Positions 20,839 to 31,073 of a stretch of 64,000 nucleotides of DNA are shown one piece after another. Each line of letters opens with the position of its first letter. The stretch's first letter is position 1. The notes under the pieces are model-generated. The model saw nothing but the letters and a program-made list of their open reading frames with translations. It did no database searches and was not told the DNA's origin. Source of the DNA: Candidatus Hermodarchaeota archaeon (GTDB taxonomy: Archaea; Asgardarchaeota; Lokiarchaeia; Sigyniarchaeales; SOKP01); the NCBI GenBank assembly GCA_048885535.1, contig JBHLLO010000006.1:1-64000 (forward strand), given 5' to 3'. Both the position numbers and the translations under genes were made by a program.

Positions 20839-21204
20839 ATGAATGGAAAAAAGAAGTTTTTTATATTACTCGGTTTATTTCAAATAATTCTTGTATTTAC
20901 GGTATTTTTCTCTGTAAATGGACTAATAACACTTGTAGTTGCCCAACCAACATCTTATGATTATTATAATTCGATAACTTCAGCAATCCTAGCAATTTCA
21001 GCAGCAATTTCAGTTGGTGCGTCTGTATTAGGGAGCGCATTAGCAATAAAAACTGTAGGAACTGCCGCAATATCATCACTTGCAGAGCGCGAAGAATCCT
21101 TCTTTAAAGCATTCTTAGTAGTGGCCTTAGCAGAAGCTTTAGCAGTCTATGGATTGATTGTTGGAATACTATTATGGACAAAAATTCCGACACCACCAGC
21201 ATAA
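20839..21204 (+). CDS. atpK: A/V-type ATP synthase proteolipid subunit K/c
   Basis: Hydrophobic hairpin with ALAEALAVYGLIV (ion-carrying Glu) plus an extra N-terminal hydrophobic segment. Confidence 0.9.
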   Translation: MNGKKKFFILLGLFQIILVFTVFFSVNGLITLVVAQPTSYDYYNSITSAILAISAAISVGASVLGSALAIKTVGTAAISSLAEREESFFKAFLVVALAEALAVYGLIVGILLWTKIPTPPA

Positions 21205-21238
21205 TCTAACAAGAATATAAAGTCTTTATAATTAAAAT

Positions 21239-22303
21239 TTGGTGTTGTTTACGAGTACATTAATTCCTTCATATGTTTATACATACATAAAAATCAACTT
21301 TTTAAAACAGCTCATTATAAGAGACGAAAGTTTGTCAGAGTTAAAGGAATTTAATGATATAAGAGAATTTATTGAATTTATTCAGCCCTATTACCCCGAG
21401 ATAAACATTACTAATTACGATATAGTAGAAATTGAACAAGCTCTGTTTCACATTTTAATTAAAATAATTGGTAAAATTCTACATTTTTCACCAGAAAACA
21501 TGCGATTGTTTTTAAGATCCCTATTTTTAAAGTATGAAATATCTAATATCAAGCAGATTATCCTAGGATCTATAGTAGGAATGAGTAAGGCTGATAAGTC
21601 TCAAAGAGTTAACTTTTTAGTAGAAGAGTATTTGGAGCATTCAGAATTTATTAATAATTTAATTGAAATTGACAACTTAGATGAGATTCAGTTATATTTT
21701 AAAAAAACTAGATACAATAAAGCGATTCGTGAAGGAATTCTTTATTTTAAAAATACTAATGAAATTTTTGTGTTAGAGGCGTTTTTAGATAAATTATTCT
21801 ATGAAAACCTGATTTTAACAAAACCAATTTATAGTAAAAAAGAACTTGCTATGATTTCATTATATATAGCTTATTCAACAGAAGTATATAATTTAAGGAT
21901 GTTATCAAGAGCAATTATTAATAATTTTGATAAAAATCTAACTTCTCAACTTTTAGTTGATGAATATTTATTTCTAGATCGTAATAAAATTGATATATTG
22001 TTAGAATCCAAGAATATCAATGATTTTAGTTCAAAACTAGAGAATTTTTTAAGTACATCAAAAGAGTTAAAGAATTTTTTTGTACCCATTATAATAAATG
22101 TAAGGCACTTAAGATGGTCTTTCGAAGGAATATATCAAAATTATTATTTTAAAAAATTCCAATTAAAAATTGATGATTTTGAGTATTTTACGATATATCG
22201 AATATTAGAATTAATAATTAAAAAGGAAAGGGAAATTAAATTTAATATAATGCCAAACGTGATTAGAATAATTCACAATAGGTTTGAGAGGTTAAAAGAA
22301 TAA
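21239..22303 (+). CDS. atpC: A/V-type ATP synthase subunit C (d)
   Basis: KYEISNIKQII, LEAFLDKLFY, EVYNLRML, KEREI; size and operon position. Confidence 0.8.
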   Translation: MVLFTSTLIPSYVYTYIKINFLKQLIIRDESLSELKEFNDIREFIEFIQPYYPEINITNYDIVEIEQALFHILIKIIGKILHFSPENMRLFLRSLFLKYEISNIKQIILGSIVGMSKADKSQRVNFLVEEYLEHSEFINNLIEIDNLDEIQLYFKKTRYNKAIREGILYFKNTNEIFVLEAFLDKLFYENLILTKPIYSKKELAMISLYIAYSTEVYNLRMLSRAIINNFDKNLTSQLLVDEYLFLDRNKIDILLESKNINDFSSKLENFLSTSKELKNFFVPIIINVRHLRWSFEGIYQNYYFKKFQLKIDDFEYFTIYRILELIIKKEREIKFNIMPNVIRIIHNRFERLKE

Positions 22304-22304
22304 A

Positions 22305-22622
22305 ATGAAGATTTTCGATTGGGTAAAAGATTTGGAAAATATCTATGCTAAATTAATAGAAGAAGCTAAAAATGACAATCTAAAAGAACTCGAAGAAATT
22401 AAAGCTGAAAATGAAAAATCTATTAATGAGAATTTACAAAAGAAACAACAGTTCGTTAATCATATATTGAAATCGACAAGTGAAGATGTAAGTAAGAAGA
22501 TTAGTGAATTTCAAGAGAATCTAAAAACAATTCTTCAAGATTTTGAACTATATTATAATCAAAACAAGAAAAGTATAACAAGCGAAATTATATCAAAACT
22601 AGGTTTGGATTTTATTGCCTGA
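22305..22622 (+). CDS. A/V-type ATP synthase subunit H/G (peripheral stalk)
   Basis: 105-aa charged helical protein inside the ATPase operon. Confidence 0.65.
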   Translation: MKIFDWVKDLENIYAKLIEEAKNDNLKELEEIKAENEKSINENLQKKQQFVNHILKSTSEDVSKKISEFQENLKTILQDFELYYNQNKKSITSEIISKLGLDFIA

Positions 22623-22935
22623 ACAAAAAATATTTGTAATTGGGGAGGAAGAAACTGTATTAATGATGGGTTTATTAGGTATTGAGGGGCTTATACTCGA
22701 TAAACCAGGAGAATTCTTAAAGGAGTTTAATATCTTAATCCAGGATCCATCTATAGGTATGCTTATAGTTGCAATGGAGCTACAAAATGAGGATACAAAA
22801 TACTTATTAGATTACAAATTGAATAGAAAAAAACCATTTGTGTTTTACCTTCCTGATGTTTTCAAACCTAAACTTGGAGAGCAGGTTGCTTTTTTAGAAG
22901 AAATTATTAAATCTATAGGAAAAATTATAAAATAG
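22615..22935 (+). CDS. atpF: A/V-type ATP synthase subunit F
   Basis: KIFVIGEEETVLMMGLLGIEG, characteristic of subunit F. Confidence 0.88.
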   Translation: MPEQKIFVIGEEETVLMMGLLGIEGLILDKPGEFLKEFNILIQDPSIGMLIVAMELQNEDTKYLLDYKLNRKKPFVFYLPDVFKPKLGEQVAFLEEIIKSIGKIIK

Positions 22936-22950
22936 GACGCTGAGGTTAAG

Positions 22951-23673
22951 ATTTCAGAAAAAAAGAAGATTAAAGAACAGTTTGGTCAATTAGGCCTTTA
23001 CTTAACTAATAAGGCAGAAGAAGAGATAAAAGAAATTAACCAACAAATGCTTTTTCAAAAAGCAGAGATAAAAAAGAGTTATATAAAAAGAGTTAATGAA
23101 ATATCTATTAGAATAAAAAATCAATTTGTCGAAAAATATAATCAATTTTTAAATAAATCCTTATCTTCGAACTTATTACAAGCTAAAGAATCAATCTTAA
23201 AGTTAAAAAACAAATTTTTAAAGGACCTAAACCGGGAACTTATAAATCAAATTGAAAAAAATATATCTGATAATTATAATAATTATTTAAATTTCCTTAT
23301 AACTTACATAAAGAACTCAATCCATCTTATCGATAAGCCTCCAAAGCTTATCCTCATATTAAATAGCAGGGATTTTAGTAAAGCTAAAAATAGAATTCTT
23401 AGCATTAAAAATCTTTTTAAAAGTGAAATAGAACTGATTTCTAGCAAAGATAGCTTTATTGGTGGATTTAAAGCGATCATAGGAGATAGCGAAATTACTT
23501 ATAATTATAGTATTGACAATTTATTGACGAAAAACCTTATTAAGATTGAGAATCAATTAACAAAGATTTTTTCTGAAGCTGAAATGGAAAATGTGCAAAT
23601 TGAATTTGAAAATTATATTAAACATAAAAAAAATGGGATAGAGGAGTACATAAAAGAGTATGACCAGCTCTAA
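22951..23673 (+). CDS. atpE: A/V-type ATP synthase subunit E; start probably upstream of the track's ATG at 23047 (ATT at 22951 proposed)
   Basis: IGGFKA..YNYSIDNLL C-terminal motif; the frame is open from 22936 and encodes an E-like helix LTNKAEEEIKEI. Start position uncertain. Confidence 0.78.
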   Translation: MSEKKKIKEQFGQLGLYLTNKAEEEIKEINQQMLFQKAEIKKSYIKRVNEISIRIKNQFVEKYNQFLNKSLSSNLLQAKESILKLKNKFLKDLNRELINQIEKNISDNYNNYLNFLITYIKNSIHLIDKPPKLILILNSRDFSKAKNRILSIKNLFKSEIELISSKDSFIGGFKAIIGDSEITYNYSIDNLLTKNLIKIENQLTKIFSEAEMENVQIEFENYIKHKKNGIEEYIKEYDQL

Positions 23674-25498
23674 GCAATCACTTCAAACAGGATATATAAC
23701 AGCAATTTATGGTTCAATAATAGAAGTAAAAGGAATAGAAAAAACAGTTAAATTAAATGATTTAATAAAAATTACAGAACAAAATATTCTGGGAGAAGTA
23801 ATTCAAATTTACAATAATTATATTATTGTTCAATGTTATGAAAATACTTATAATTTAAAATTAAACCAAGAAGTTATTAGTCTTCAAGAACCATTATCTA
23901 TGGAATTGGGGCCTGGACTTATTACAAGTGTGTTCGATGGGATTCAGAGACCTTTAAATCAAGTCGATGAACAGTTAGATAGTTCATTTCTGCAACGTGG
24001 AGTTGAATTACCTTCACTCTCTAGAACTAAAAAGTGGCATTTTAAACCTGAAAAGAAAATTGGAGAGAAGTTAGAACCAGGAGATATAGTTGGTTCTGTT
24101 CAAGAAACACCATTAATAGAGCATAAAATCTTGGTTCCAGTGCAGTATTCAGGGATATTATCATTTATTGTTGATGAGGGTGATTATGTTATAACAGATG
24201 AAATCTACGGATTGAAAGAAAATGGAAAGGAACATTCCCTTAATATGTTGCAAAAATGGCCAATAACAATTAGTAGGCCTTATAAAAAGAGAATATCTTT
24301 AGAAGAACCTTTAATTACGGGAATAAGGGTAATTGATTTACTTTTTCCTATAGCAAAAGGTGGAACAGTAGCAGTTCCAGGAGGCTTTGGTACTGGAAAA
24401 ACAGTTATTCAACAATCATTAGCCAAATGGTCAGATGCTGATATAATTGTATTTGTTGGATGTGGTGAGAGAGGAAACGAAATAGCGGATGTATTAAAAG
24501 AATTTTTAAAGATAATTGATCCAAAAAGTGGACGTCCTTTAATAGAAAGAATTATAATAATCGCTAACACATCTAATATGCCCGTTTCTGCGAGGGAGGC
24601 AAGTATTTTTTCTGGAGTGACTATAGCAGAGTATTACAGGGATATGGGTTATAATGTTGCAGTTTTAGCTGATAGTACTTCTAGATGGGCAGAATCTTTA
24701 AGAGAGATTTCAGGTTTATTGGAGGAAATGCCCGCAGAGGAGGGATATCCTGCTTATTTGCCTTCGAAAATTTCAAGCTTTTATGAAAGAGCTGGTAAAG
24801 TAGAAACATTAGGAAATCAAGATTCAAAACATAAAAGAATAGGATCTATTACTGTAATTGGCTCAATTTCACCTCCAGCAGGAGACTTTAGTGAACCAGT
24901 AACAGCTACAACTAAGCGATTCGTTCAAGCATTTTGGGCATTGGACGCAAATCTCGCATACTCAAAACATTACCCTGCTATTAATTGGCTGAGTTCATAT
25001 TCTAATTATTTAGAATATATCTCTCAATGGTGGTATGAAAGGGACATTCCATGGCCAGAGATTGACATAGATTGGTATCAATGTAGAGAAGAAATAAATA
25101 CAATCCTATCAAAAGAAAATGAATTAAGAAATGTTGTTCAGTTAATTGGAGAGGAAAATTTACCTGAAAATCAACAATTAATCATTTTTATTGGAAAATT
25201 AATTAGAGAAAGCTTTCTTGTTCAAAACGCTTTTGACAATATTGATAACTATACTGACACTATCAAGTTGTTAGGTCATGTAAAATTATTATTACTTTTA
25301 TATTACCAAGCCAGAGACCTTCTAACTCAAGGATTTCTATTAGAAGATATTAAGACTCTTGAGATTTTAAATGACCTAAGAAGATTAAGTCACACTATTC
25401 CTAATAATGAATTTGATAAAATAGAAAAAATAAAAATTCGATTATTATCAGAGATTCAATCAATGAAATTAGTACGTGGAGGACGAAGAATAAAATGA
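23660..25498 (+). CDS. atpA: A/V-type ATP synthase catalytic subunit A
   Basis: [10 protein letters not shown]-loop, [44 protein letters not shown]; no intein. Confidence 0.97.
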   Translation: MTSSKQSLQTGYITAIYGSIIEVKGIEKTVKLNDLIKITEQNILGEVIQIYNNYIIVQCYENTYNLKLNQEVISLQEPLSMELGPGLITSVFDGIQRPLNQVDEQLDSSFLQRGVELPSLSRTKKWHFKPEKKIGEKLEPGDIVGSVQETPLIEHKILVPVQYSGILSFIVDEGDYVITDEIYGLKENGKEHSLNMLQKWPITISRPYKKRISLEEPLITGIRVIDLLFPIAKGGTVAVPGGFGTGKTVIQQSLAKWSDADIIVFVGCGERGNEIADVLKEFLKIIDPKSGRPLIERIIIIANTSNMPVSAREASIFSGVTIAEYYRDMGYNVAVLADSTSRWAESLREISGLLEEMPAEEGYPAYLPSKISSFYERAGKVETLGNQDSKHKRIGSITVIGSISPPAGDFSEPVTATTKRFVQAFWALDANLAYSKHYPAINWLSSYSNYLEYISQWWYERDIPWPEIDIDWYQCREEINTILSKENELRNVVQLIGEENLPENQQLIIFIGKLIRESFLVQNAFDNIDNYTDTIKLLGHVKLLLLLYYQARDLLTQGFLLEDIKTLEILNDLRRLSHTIPNNEFDKIEKIKIRLLSEIQSMKLVRGGRRIK

Positions 25499-26883
25499 GT
25501 GTCATTTATAAAAATATTCAACAAATCGTGGGACCATTAATCTTTTTGAAAAATGAACATCAGGTACAATATGGAGAAATTGTTCATATTCAATCTGAAG
25601 ATAAAGTGTTTAGAACTGGTCAAGTGGTAAAAATAAGTGAAAATAGTATTGTTATTGAAGTCTTCCAAAATACTAAAGGGTTATCTAGTGAAAATTCAAA
25701 AATATTCTTCACAGAAAGCACATTCAAAATAAAAATTTCCGAAAATGATATGTTTGGGAGAACTTTTAATTCTTTGGGAAAACCATTTGACATTTTTACT
25801 AAAAAAATTTTAGACACAAATATGATTTCAAACGTTGAGTTAGATATTTATGGAACTCCTATTAATCCTTATTCCAGAGAATACCCCTCAGAAATTATCC
25901 AAACAGGTATATCTGTAATAGATGGTCTTTTTACCTTAATTAGAGGGCAAAAATTGCCTATTTTCAGTGCACAGGGGTTACCTCATAATAAATTAGCTAC
26001 ACAAATAGTAACTCAAGCAAAAGTGTTGACTGAAGAACCATTTTTAATTATATTCTGTGGAATTGGAATTATTGAGGATGAAGCAATAAGTTTCTTAAAA
26101 GCATTTAGAGAAAGCGGAAATATTCAAAATATTATTTCCTTTATAAATTTAGCATCTGACCCCATAATGGAAAGGTTAATTATTCCTCGTGTTGCGTTAA
26201 CAACAGCAGAATATTTTGCATTTGAAAAAGATATGCATGTTCTTGTTGTATTGATTGATATGGCGAGCTATGTCGAAGCCCTACGAGAATTAAGTTCTGC
26301 AAAAGAAGAAATACCTAGCAGGAAGGGATATCCAGGATATTTATATTCTGATTTGGCTTCAATTTTTGAAAGAACTGGTAAATTAAAGGGAAGAAAGGGG
26401 TCAATTACGCAAATTCCGATTTTAACTATGCCCAATGACGATATTTCACACCCCATTCCTGATACTACTGGTTATATTACTGAAGGACAACTAGTTTTGA
26501 ACCGAGAGTTAGACAAAAAAGCTATTTATCCTCCTTTTGAAGTATTAGCATCAATTTCAAGGTTAATGAAAGACGCGATTGGAAAGAACACCACTCGGGA
26601 AGATCATGGTGATCTTAGCTCTCAACTGTTAGCATCATATTCGGAAGCTCTTGAAGCAAGAGATTTATTATCAGTGGTAGGAGAAGATGGTTTGACTTTA
26701 GATCAAAAATTGTTATTAAAGTTTGGGGAGGATTTTGAACAAATATTCCTAAATCAAAATCCAAATGAAAACCGCAGTTTTAATCAAACTTTTACAAGAG
26801 CATGGAGAGTTCTTTCAAATTTATCTAGAGATCAATTGTTTAGAATTCATCAAGAATTTATTGATAAATATTACGTTAAATAG
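25495..26883 (+). CDS. atpB: A/V-type ATP synthase subunit B
   Basis: RGQKLPIFS, EEIPSRKGYPGYLYSDLA, HPIPDTTGYITEGQ, SISRLM. Confidence 0.97.
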   Translation: MSVIYKNIQQIVGPLIFLKNEHQVQYGEIVHIQSEDKVFRTGQVVKISENSIVIEVFQNTKGLSSENSKIFFTESTFKIKISENDMFGRTFNSLGKPFDIFTKKILDTNMISNVELDIYGTPINPYSREYPSEIIQTGISVIDGLFTLIRGQKLPIFSAQGLPHNKLATQIVTQAKVLTEEPFLIIFCGIGIIEDEAISFLKAFRESGNIQNIISFINLASDPIMERLIIPRVALTTAEYFAFEKDMHVLVVLIDMASYVEALRELSSAKEEIPSRKGYPGYLYSDLASIFERTGKLKGRKGSITQIPILTMPNDDISHPIPDTTGYITEGQLVLNRELDKKAIYPPFEVLASISRLMKDAIGKNTTREDHGDLSSQLLASYSEALEARDLLSVVGEDGLTLDQKLLLKFGEDFEQIFLNQNPNENRSFNQTFTRAWRVLSNLSRDQLFRIHQEFIDKYYVK

Positions 26884-27555
26884 GTGTTTATAATAAGTTT
26901 TAAAGAATTGAAACCAACAAAAACAAACCTAATTAGCTTAAAGAAAAAGCTAATCTTTGCTAAAAAAGGGGAATCATTTTTAGAATTTAAGCGTGAACAA
27001 TTGATAACTCAAATTAAAGACAATTGGAATTTATATCAAGAAAAATTAAAAAATTTTATAAAATCATATCAAAAGAACTTAATATTAATTAATGATGCAT
27101 ACAAGGAAATGGGTAAACGAGACTTCGTCTTAATTAGCAATTTAAGCAAAATTCAGTATAATCCAACAATAAACATCAAATATATAAAAAATATTGGCAT
27201 TACCTCGCATAATTTAGAATACGATTTAAATCGGATGGGTAAACTTCCTGCTTATTCCTTCGAAAATACAAGTCACTTTATAGATGAATTAATGCCTTCT
27301 TTGGAAAACCTTTTTAAAATTCTAATAGATTTTGCAGAATTTGAAGACTTTTTTTTCCAGTTAGCTTTAAATTTCAAAAAAATAAATCGAAGAATCAATG
27401 GATTAAAGAATTTGATTATACCTTCCCTCTTAAAAGATATTAAAAAAGTAAAAGAAATTCTAGAAGAATTGGATCGTGAAAATTTTGTGAGACTAAAAAA
27501 AACAAAAGAATTAATTAATAAAAAGGAAATTAAACAACTTGGAGGGCTTATTTAA
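26884..27555 (+). CDS. atpD: A/V-type ATP synthase subunit D (start GTG at 26884 or ATA at 26893)
   Basis: KPTKTNL, LEFKREQL, RRINGLKNLIIP, LEELDRENFVRLK. Confidence 0.92.
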   Translation: MFIISFKELKPTKTNLISLKKKLIFAKKGESFLEFKREQLITQIKDNWNLYQEKLKNFIKSYQKNLILINDAYKEMGKRDFVLISNLSKIQYNPTINIKYIKNIGITSHNLEYDLNRMGKLPAYSFENTSHFIDELMPSLENLFKILIDFAEFEDFFFQLALNFKKINRRINGLKNLIIPSLLKDIKKVKEILEELDRENFVRLKKTKELINKKEIKQLGGLI

Positions 27556-29885
27556 TGACTCTTAAAACTCAAATGAGTCTATTCAAGATAGGAATCAATA
27601 GACATGATAAGGATAGTCTTTTAAATGTACTTTCGTCTATTCATAATATTCATATTAAAGCACAGGAAAAATTTATTCCTGGTAAAAAAATTGAAGAAAA
27701 GGATCCATTCTTTAAAGTAGTAAAAAATCTGAGACAGAATTTAGACTCTTTATTTAAAAAACTTGATGTTAATGAAACTGATTTTCAGGATATAAAAATA
27801 ATTGACCCTGATAAAAGATTTGAATTTATAGTAAAAGATCTTCCTGAATTGGTGGGTAAATCCTTAGAGGAAATAAACTTTTATAATAATAGGATCAATG
27901 AATTGGATAGATATATCACAAAAGCAAAAATAGAATTAGAAAACATACAAATAATTAAATCTAGTTATACATTTTTGGAACAGTTTAACTTAACGAGAGA
28001 CAGCCTCTCAAGTTTCAAAAGTTTAACTTTTAAAGTCTTTACTACTTTTAAAAAGAACATTGAAAATTTTAAAACCCTTTTTCAGTTTGACTCATTTCCT
28101 AATGTACACCAAACTGATGAACTCTTTCCAAATGCATATAGATTAGAAGACAGAGTTACCTTTTATGTAATTTTTCCCAGAGATCAAGAAGATAATTTAC
28201 GAGAGAGAATAAATCTTATTCATGCTGAAGAGGTTCCCATTTTAAAGAAATACTTAACTCAAGACACAATAAACTTTACGCGAATTAATAATGAAATTGA
28301 TATAATTAATACAACTCTCATGAAATACGAAAAAGAGAGGGCTTCATTAAAGGATCAAAATTTGAATAAATTTGCAGCTTTAGATGAAGTAGTTCAAAAT
28401 ATTGAAGATTATCACTGGGCAGAACAACAATTTGAAGAAATCTCAAATGAACAACTGACTATTAATTTCTTTCTTCCTTCAAAAAGAAAGAAAGAGGTAG
28501 AACAACTATTAATTAATTCTTTTAAAAATAAAATAATGATAAAAATATTTGATATCCCTAGATTTCATGAAATAAAGGATTTAGATCGAATAGAACCTAA
28601 ATTCGAGCAAGAGAATTATTTAAAAGATAGAAATAGAGAGATAGAAGTTAACGAAGAAGAAAAAACAGAAAAAGATTTAAGAGCAACAGTTCCAACAATT
28701 ATGAGAAATCCCTGGTTTATCAGACCTTTTGAATTAATCACAAGAATGTATGGGATTCCTTCATATTCTGAAGTTGATCCTACTCCTTTTTTAGCTTTTA
28801 CATTTCCTTTTATCTTTGGATTGATGTTCGGAGATATTGGTCATGGTTTTTGCTTAATCATTGCTGGTATTTTAGGAGGTATAATTTTTAGAAAAAAGAA
28901 TACTGGTAAATTTAGTTGGATAATATTTTATTGCGGGATAGGGGCAGTCTTAGGGGGGATATTTTATGGTGAATTTTTTGGATATGAAGAATTCTTTGGT
29001 ATACCTTTAGAGCCAATTTTTATTCCCATCCCCTTTTTAGGACCTGTGAATTTGTATAATCCGATTGAAAATATTCAAAATGTTTTTAAATTTGCCCTTT
29101 TTGTTGGAGTAATCCATATTAATTTAGGTTGGTTCCTTGAGTTTATTAATTACGTTAGACAAGGAAAGAAGTATTTAGCATTTTCAAATTCATTTATGAA
29201 AATATGTTTATTAACTGGAGGTACATATTTGATTTTTCAATATGGCATAAATCTTACGATTTGGTTATCGCCAGCATATATACCTACCTTTTGGGGCACA
29301 ATATTGCTCCCATCACCTATCTTATTAGTTATTATTCCAGGTATTATGTTAATAATATTAAAACCGTTTGGTAAAATATTACGGATTTCTTATCTAAAAA
29401 AGGAATCATACTGGGCATTGATGGGTGAGGGCACTCTGGAAACATTTGAAACTGCTTTATCAATACTAAGTAATGTAGCATCCTATATACGGTTGTTAGC
29501 ATTAGCACTTGCTCATATTGCTTTAATGATTTCTATACAGGCATTATCAAGTTTGTTAATAGGTGAGGGAACCCTATATGAAATATTCAAATTTTTAGGA
29601 TTATTATTAGGCAATATTATCGTAATCTTATTAGAAGGCATCCTGGTTTTTATTAACACAATTCGACTTCACTTTTATGAATTTTTCTTTAAGTTTTATA
29701 AAGGTACTGGTACAGAATTTTTTCCCTTTTATTTAGATAATAATTATTCTAAAATTACTTTTAGAGCATATCTTGAGAAAGATTTGATTTCTGAGGAAAT
29801 AGAAAAGGAAATCGAGCCTGAGAAAGCAAAACAAGATATCGATGAAGCTATAAAATATATTGAAAAAAAATATTTCAAAAGTTGA
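27555..29885 (+). CDS. atpI: A/V-type ATP synthase subunit I (a)
   Basis: YGIPSYSEVDPT, FGLMFGDIGHG, SYIRLLALALAH (essential Arg), RLHFYEFF.KFY.G.G. Confidence 0.95.
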   Translation: MTLKTQMSLFKIGINRHDKDSLLNVLSSIHNIHIKAQEKFIPGKKIEEKDPFFKVVKNLRQNLDSLFKKLDVNETDFQDIKIIDPDKRFEFIVKDLPELVGKSLEEINFYNNRINELDRYITKAKIELENIQIIKSSYTFLEQFNLTRDSLSSFKSLTFKVFTTFKKNIENFKTLFQFDSFPNVHQTDELFPNAYRLEDRVTFYVIFPRDQEDNLRERINLIHAEEVPILKKYLTQDTINFTRINNEIDIINTTLMKYEKERASLKDQNLNKFAALDEVVQNIEDYHWAEQQFEEISNEQLTINFFLPSKRKKEVEQLLINSFKNKIMIKIFDIPRFHEIKDLDRIEPKFEQENYLKDRNREIEVNEEEKTEKDLRATVPTIMRNPWFIRPFELITRMYGIPSYSEVDPTPFLAFTFPFIFGLMFGDIGHGFCLIIAGILGGIIFRKKNTGKFSWIIFYCGIGAVLGGIFYGEFFGYEEFFGIPLEPIFIPIPFLGPVNLYNPIENIQNVFKFALFVGVIHINLGWFLEFINYVRQGKKYLAFSNSFMKICLLTGGTYLIFQYGINLTIWLSPAYIPTFWGTILLPSPILLVIIPGIMLIILKPFGKILRISYLKKESYWALMGEGTLETFETALSILSNVASYIRLLALALAHIALMISIQALSSLLIGEGTLYEIFKFLGLLLGNIIVILLEGILVFINTIRLHFYEFFFKFYKGTGTEFFPFYLDNNYSKITFRAYLEKDLISEEIEKEIEPEKAKQDIDEAIKYIEKKYFKS

Positions 29886-29904
29886 TAGAGTAAGGTCTTA
29901 GTAA

Positions 29905-30348
29905 GTGGACAAAATATCCCAAAAAAGAAAGATGCTTAATAAAAAAGCAATAATTATTCGTTTGATTTTCATTGTTTTTTATATAGTAATTCTTTTTTTT
30001 ATATACTTATTTTTAGTTAATATTAACATTCAATATTGGATTATTATTATTATCCTCCTTTTTTTAATTCTAGTAGTTGTTGGACCTCTTATCACTGGAA
30101 TTTCAAAATCAATGTATCGTCAAAAGTTTCCAAAAAAAGAAAAAGGAAAGAAATCAGATTATCAACTTTATAAAGAACAGTTGCAAAGTAAATCTAAAGA
30201 TAACGAATTAAAAGTTAAAGAAATAACGACAGTTAATTTAGATTTCAAATATAAAAAATCCATTATTAGAAGATGCACAAGTTGTGGAATAACAATTCCT
30301 AATTTTGTTAAAGTTTGCCCTTATTGTGGAAAAACTATATTGGATTAA
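29905..30348 (+). CDS. Membrane protein with C-terminal zinc ribbon
   Basis: Two N-terminal TM helices; CTSC...CPYC. Confidence 0.75.
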   Translation: MDKISQKRKMLNKKAIIIRLIFIVFYIVILFFIYLFLVNINIQYWIIIIILLFLILVVVGPLITGISKSMYRQKFPKKEKGKKSDYQLYKEQLQSKSKDNELKVKEITTVNLDFKYKKSIIRRCTSCGITIPNFVKVCPYCGKTILD

Positions 30349-30947
30349 GGTTTAAACCATTCAAAGAAATAGTAACTTTTTGTTAATGGATTTGCAATTA
30401 CAAATTTTTTTCTAACTGATGTTGCCAAGCGTCCTGCCCTTACCATGTCTACTGCAGTTATTTTAGCATCATGAGGTAAAACGTGAACAATAAAAGGAGA
30501 ATGTTCTAAGCCTGGTCCTTTCTTATATACTACAAAATCTGCACCAAACTTTAATCCTGGTCTTGGAATATATCCTTTCTCCCTTAAGTCTTGATATATT
30601 ATCGATTTTTCCTCAAATTTGTGATGTATCTTTTTTGCGATTTCACCAAATTCTTCTAATGTTAGATATTTGTCCTCCAGAGGATCAAAAATAGATATCT
30701 TTCCTTTTTGCAATAAATAATATGCTTCTTCTATTGATAATTCAGAAGGTTTCGAAAAATATTCTAAACGTGGTTTACTAATTCCAAGTGGAGAACCAAA
30801 AAATTTTTGCTTCACATATAAATATGAGGCATGAACTGGGTCAAAAACAATTATTCTTGAATTTATAAATTTAGTAGGAATTTTTTCGGGTAAGTCGTCT
30901 TCATTAATATCATCTAGGGAAATTTGGCTTTTCTGTTCTTCATTCAT
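30345..30947 (-). CDS. endA: tRNA-intron endonuclease, catalytic subunit
   Basis: LSIEEAYYL, YQDLREKGY, GLKFGADFVVY..GPGLEHS, RLATSVRKK (Tyr-His-Lys triad). Confidence 0.93.
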   Translation of the reverse strand: MNEEQKSQISLDDINEDDLPEKIPTKFINSRIIVFDPVHASYLYVKQKFFGSPLGISKPRLEYFSKPSELSIEEAYYLLQKGKISIFDPLEDKYLTLEEFGEIAKKIHHKFEEKSIIYQDLREKGYIPRPGLKFGADFVVYKKGPGLEHSPFIVHVLPHDAKITAVDMVRAGRLATSVRKKFVIANPLTKSYYFFEWFKP

Positions 30948-31073
30948 TAAGATAGAATCATTAAATATACTTTAATAAATCTTTCAATTTCATAAAAAGA
31001 GTATTAACAATAAAAATTTTAAAAATGAATAATCTTAGTTTTAAGTATAAAAGAAAATTAAATGTGATTAATA

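Noticed and set aside
22933-26886. Genome-wide TAG recoding (pyrrolysine) suggested by two in-frame TAG junctions in the ATPase operon
   Set aside because: TAG ends RadA, OsmC and the Rab-like GTPase at their expected C-termini, no pyl genes are in the window, and SD-linked alternative starts explain both junctions.
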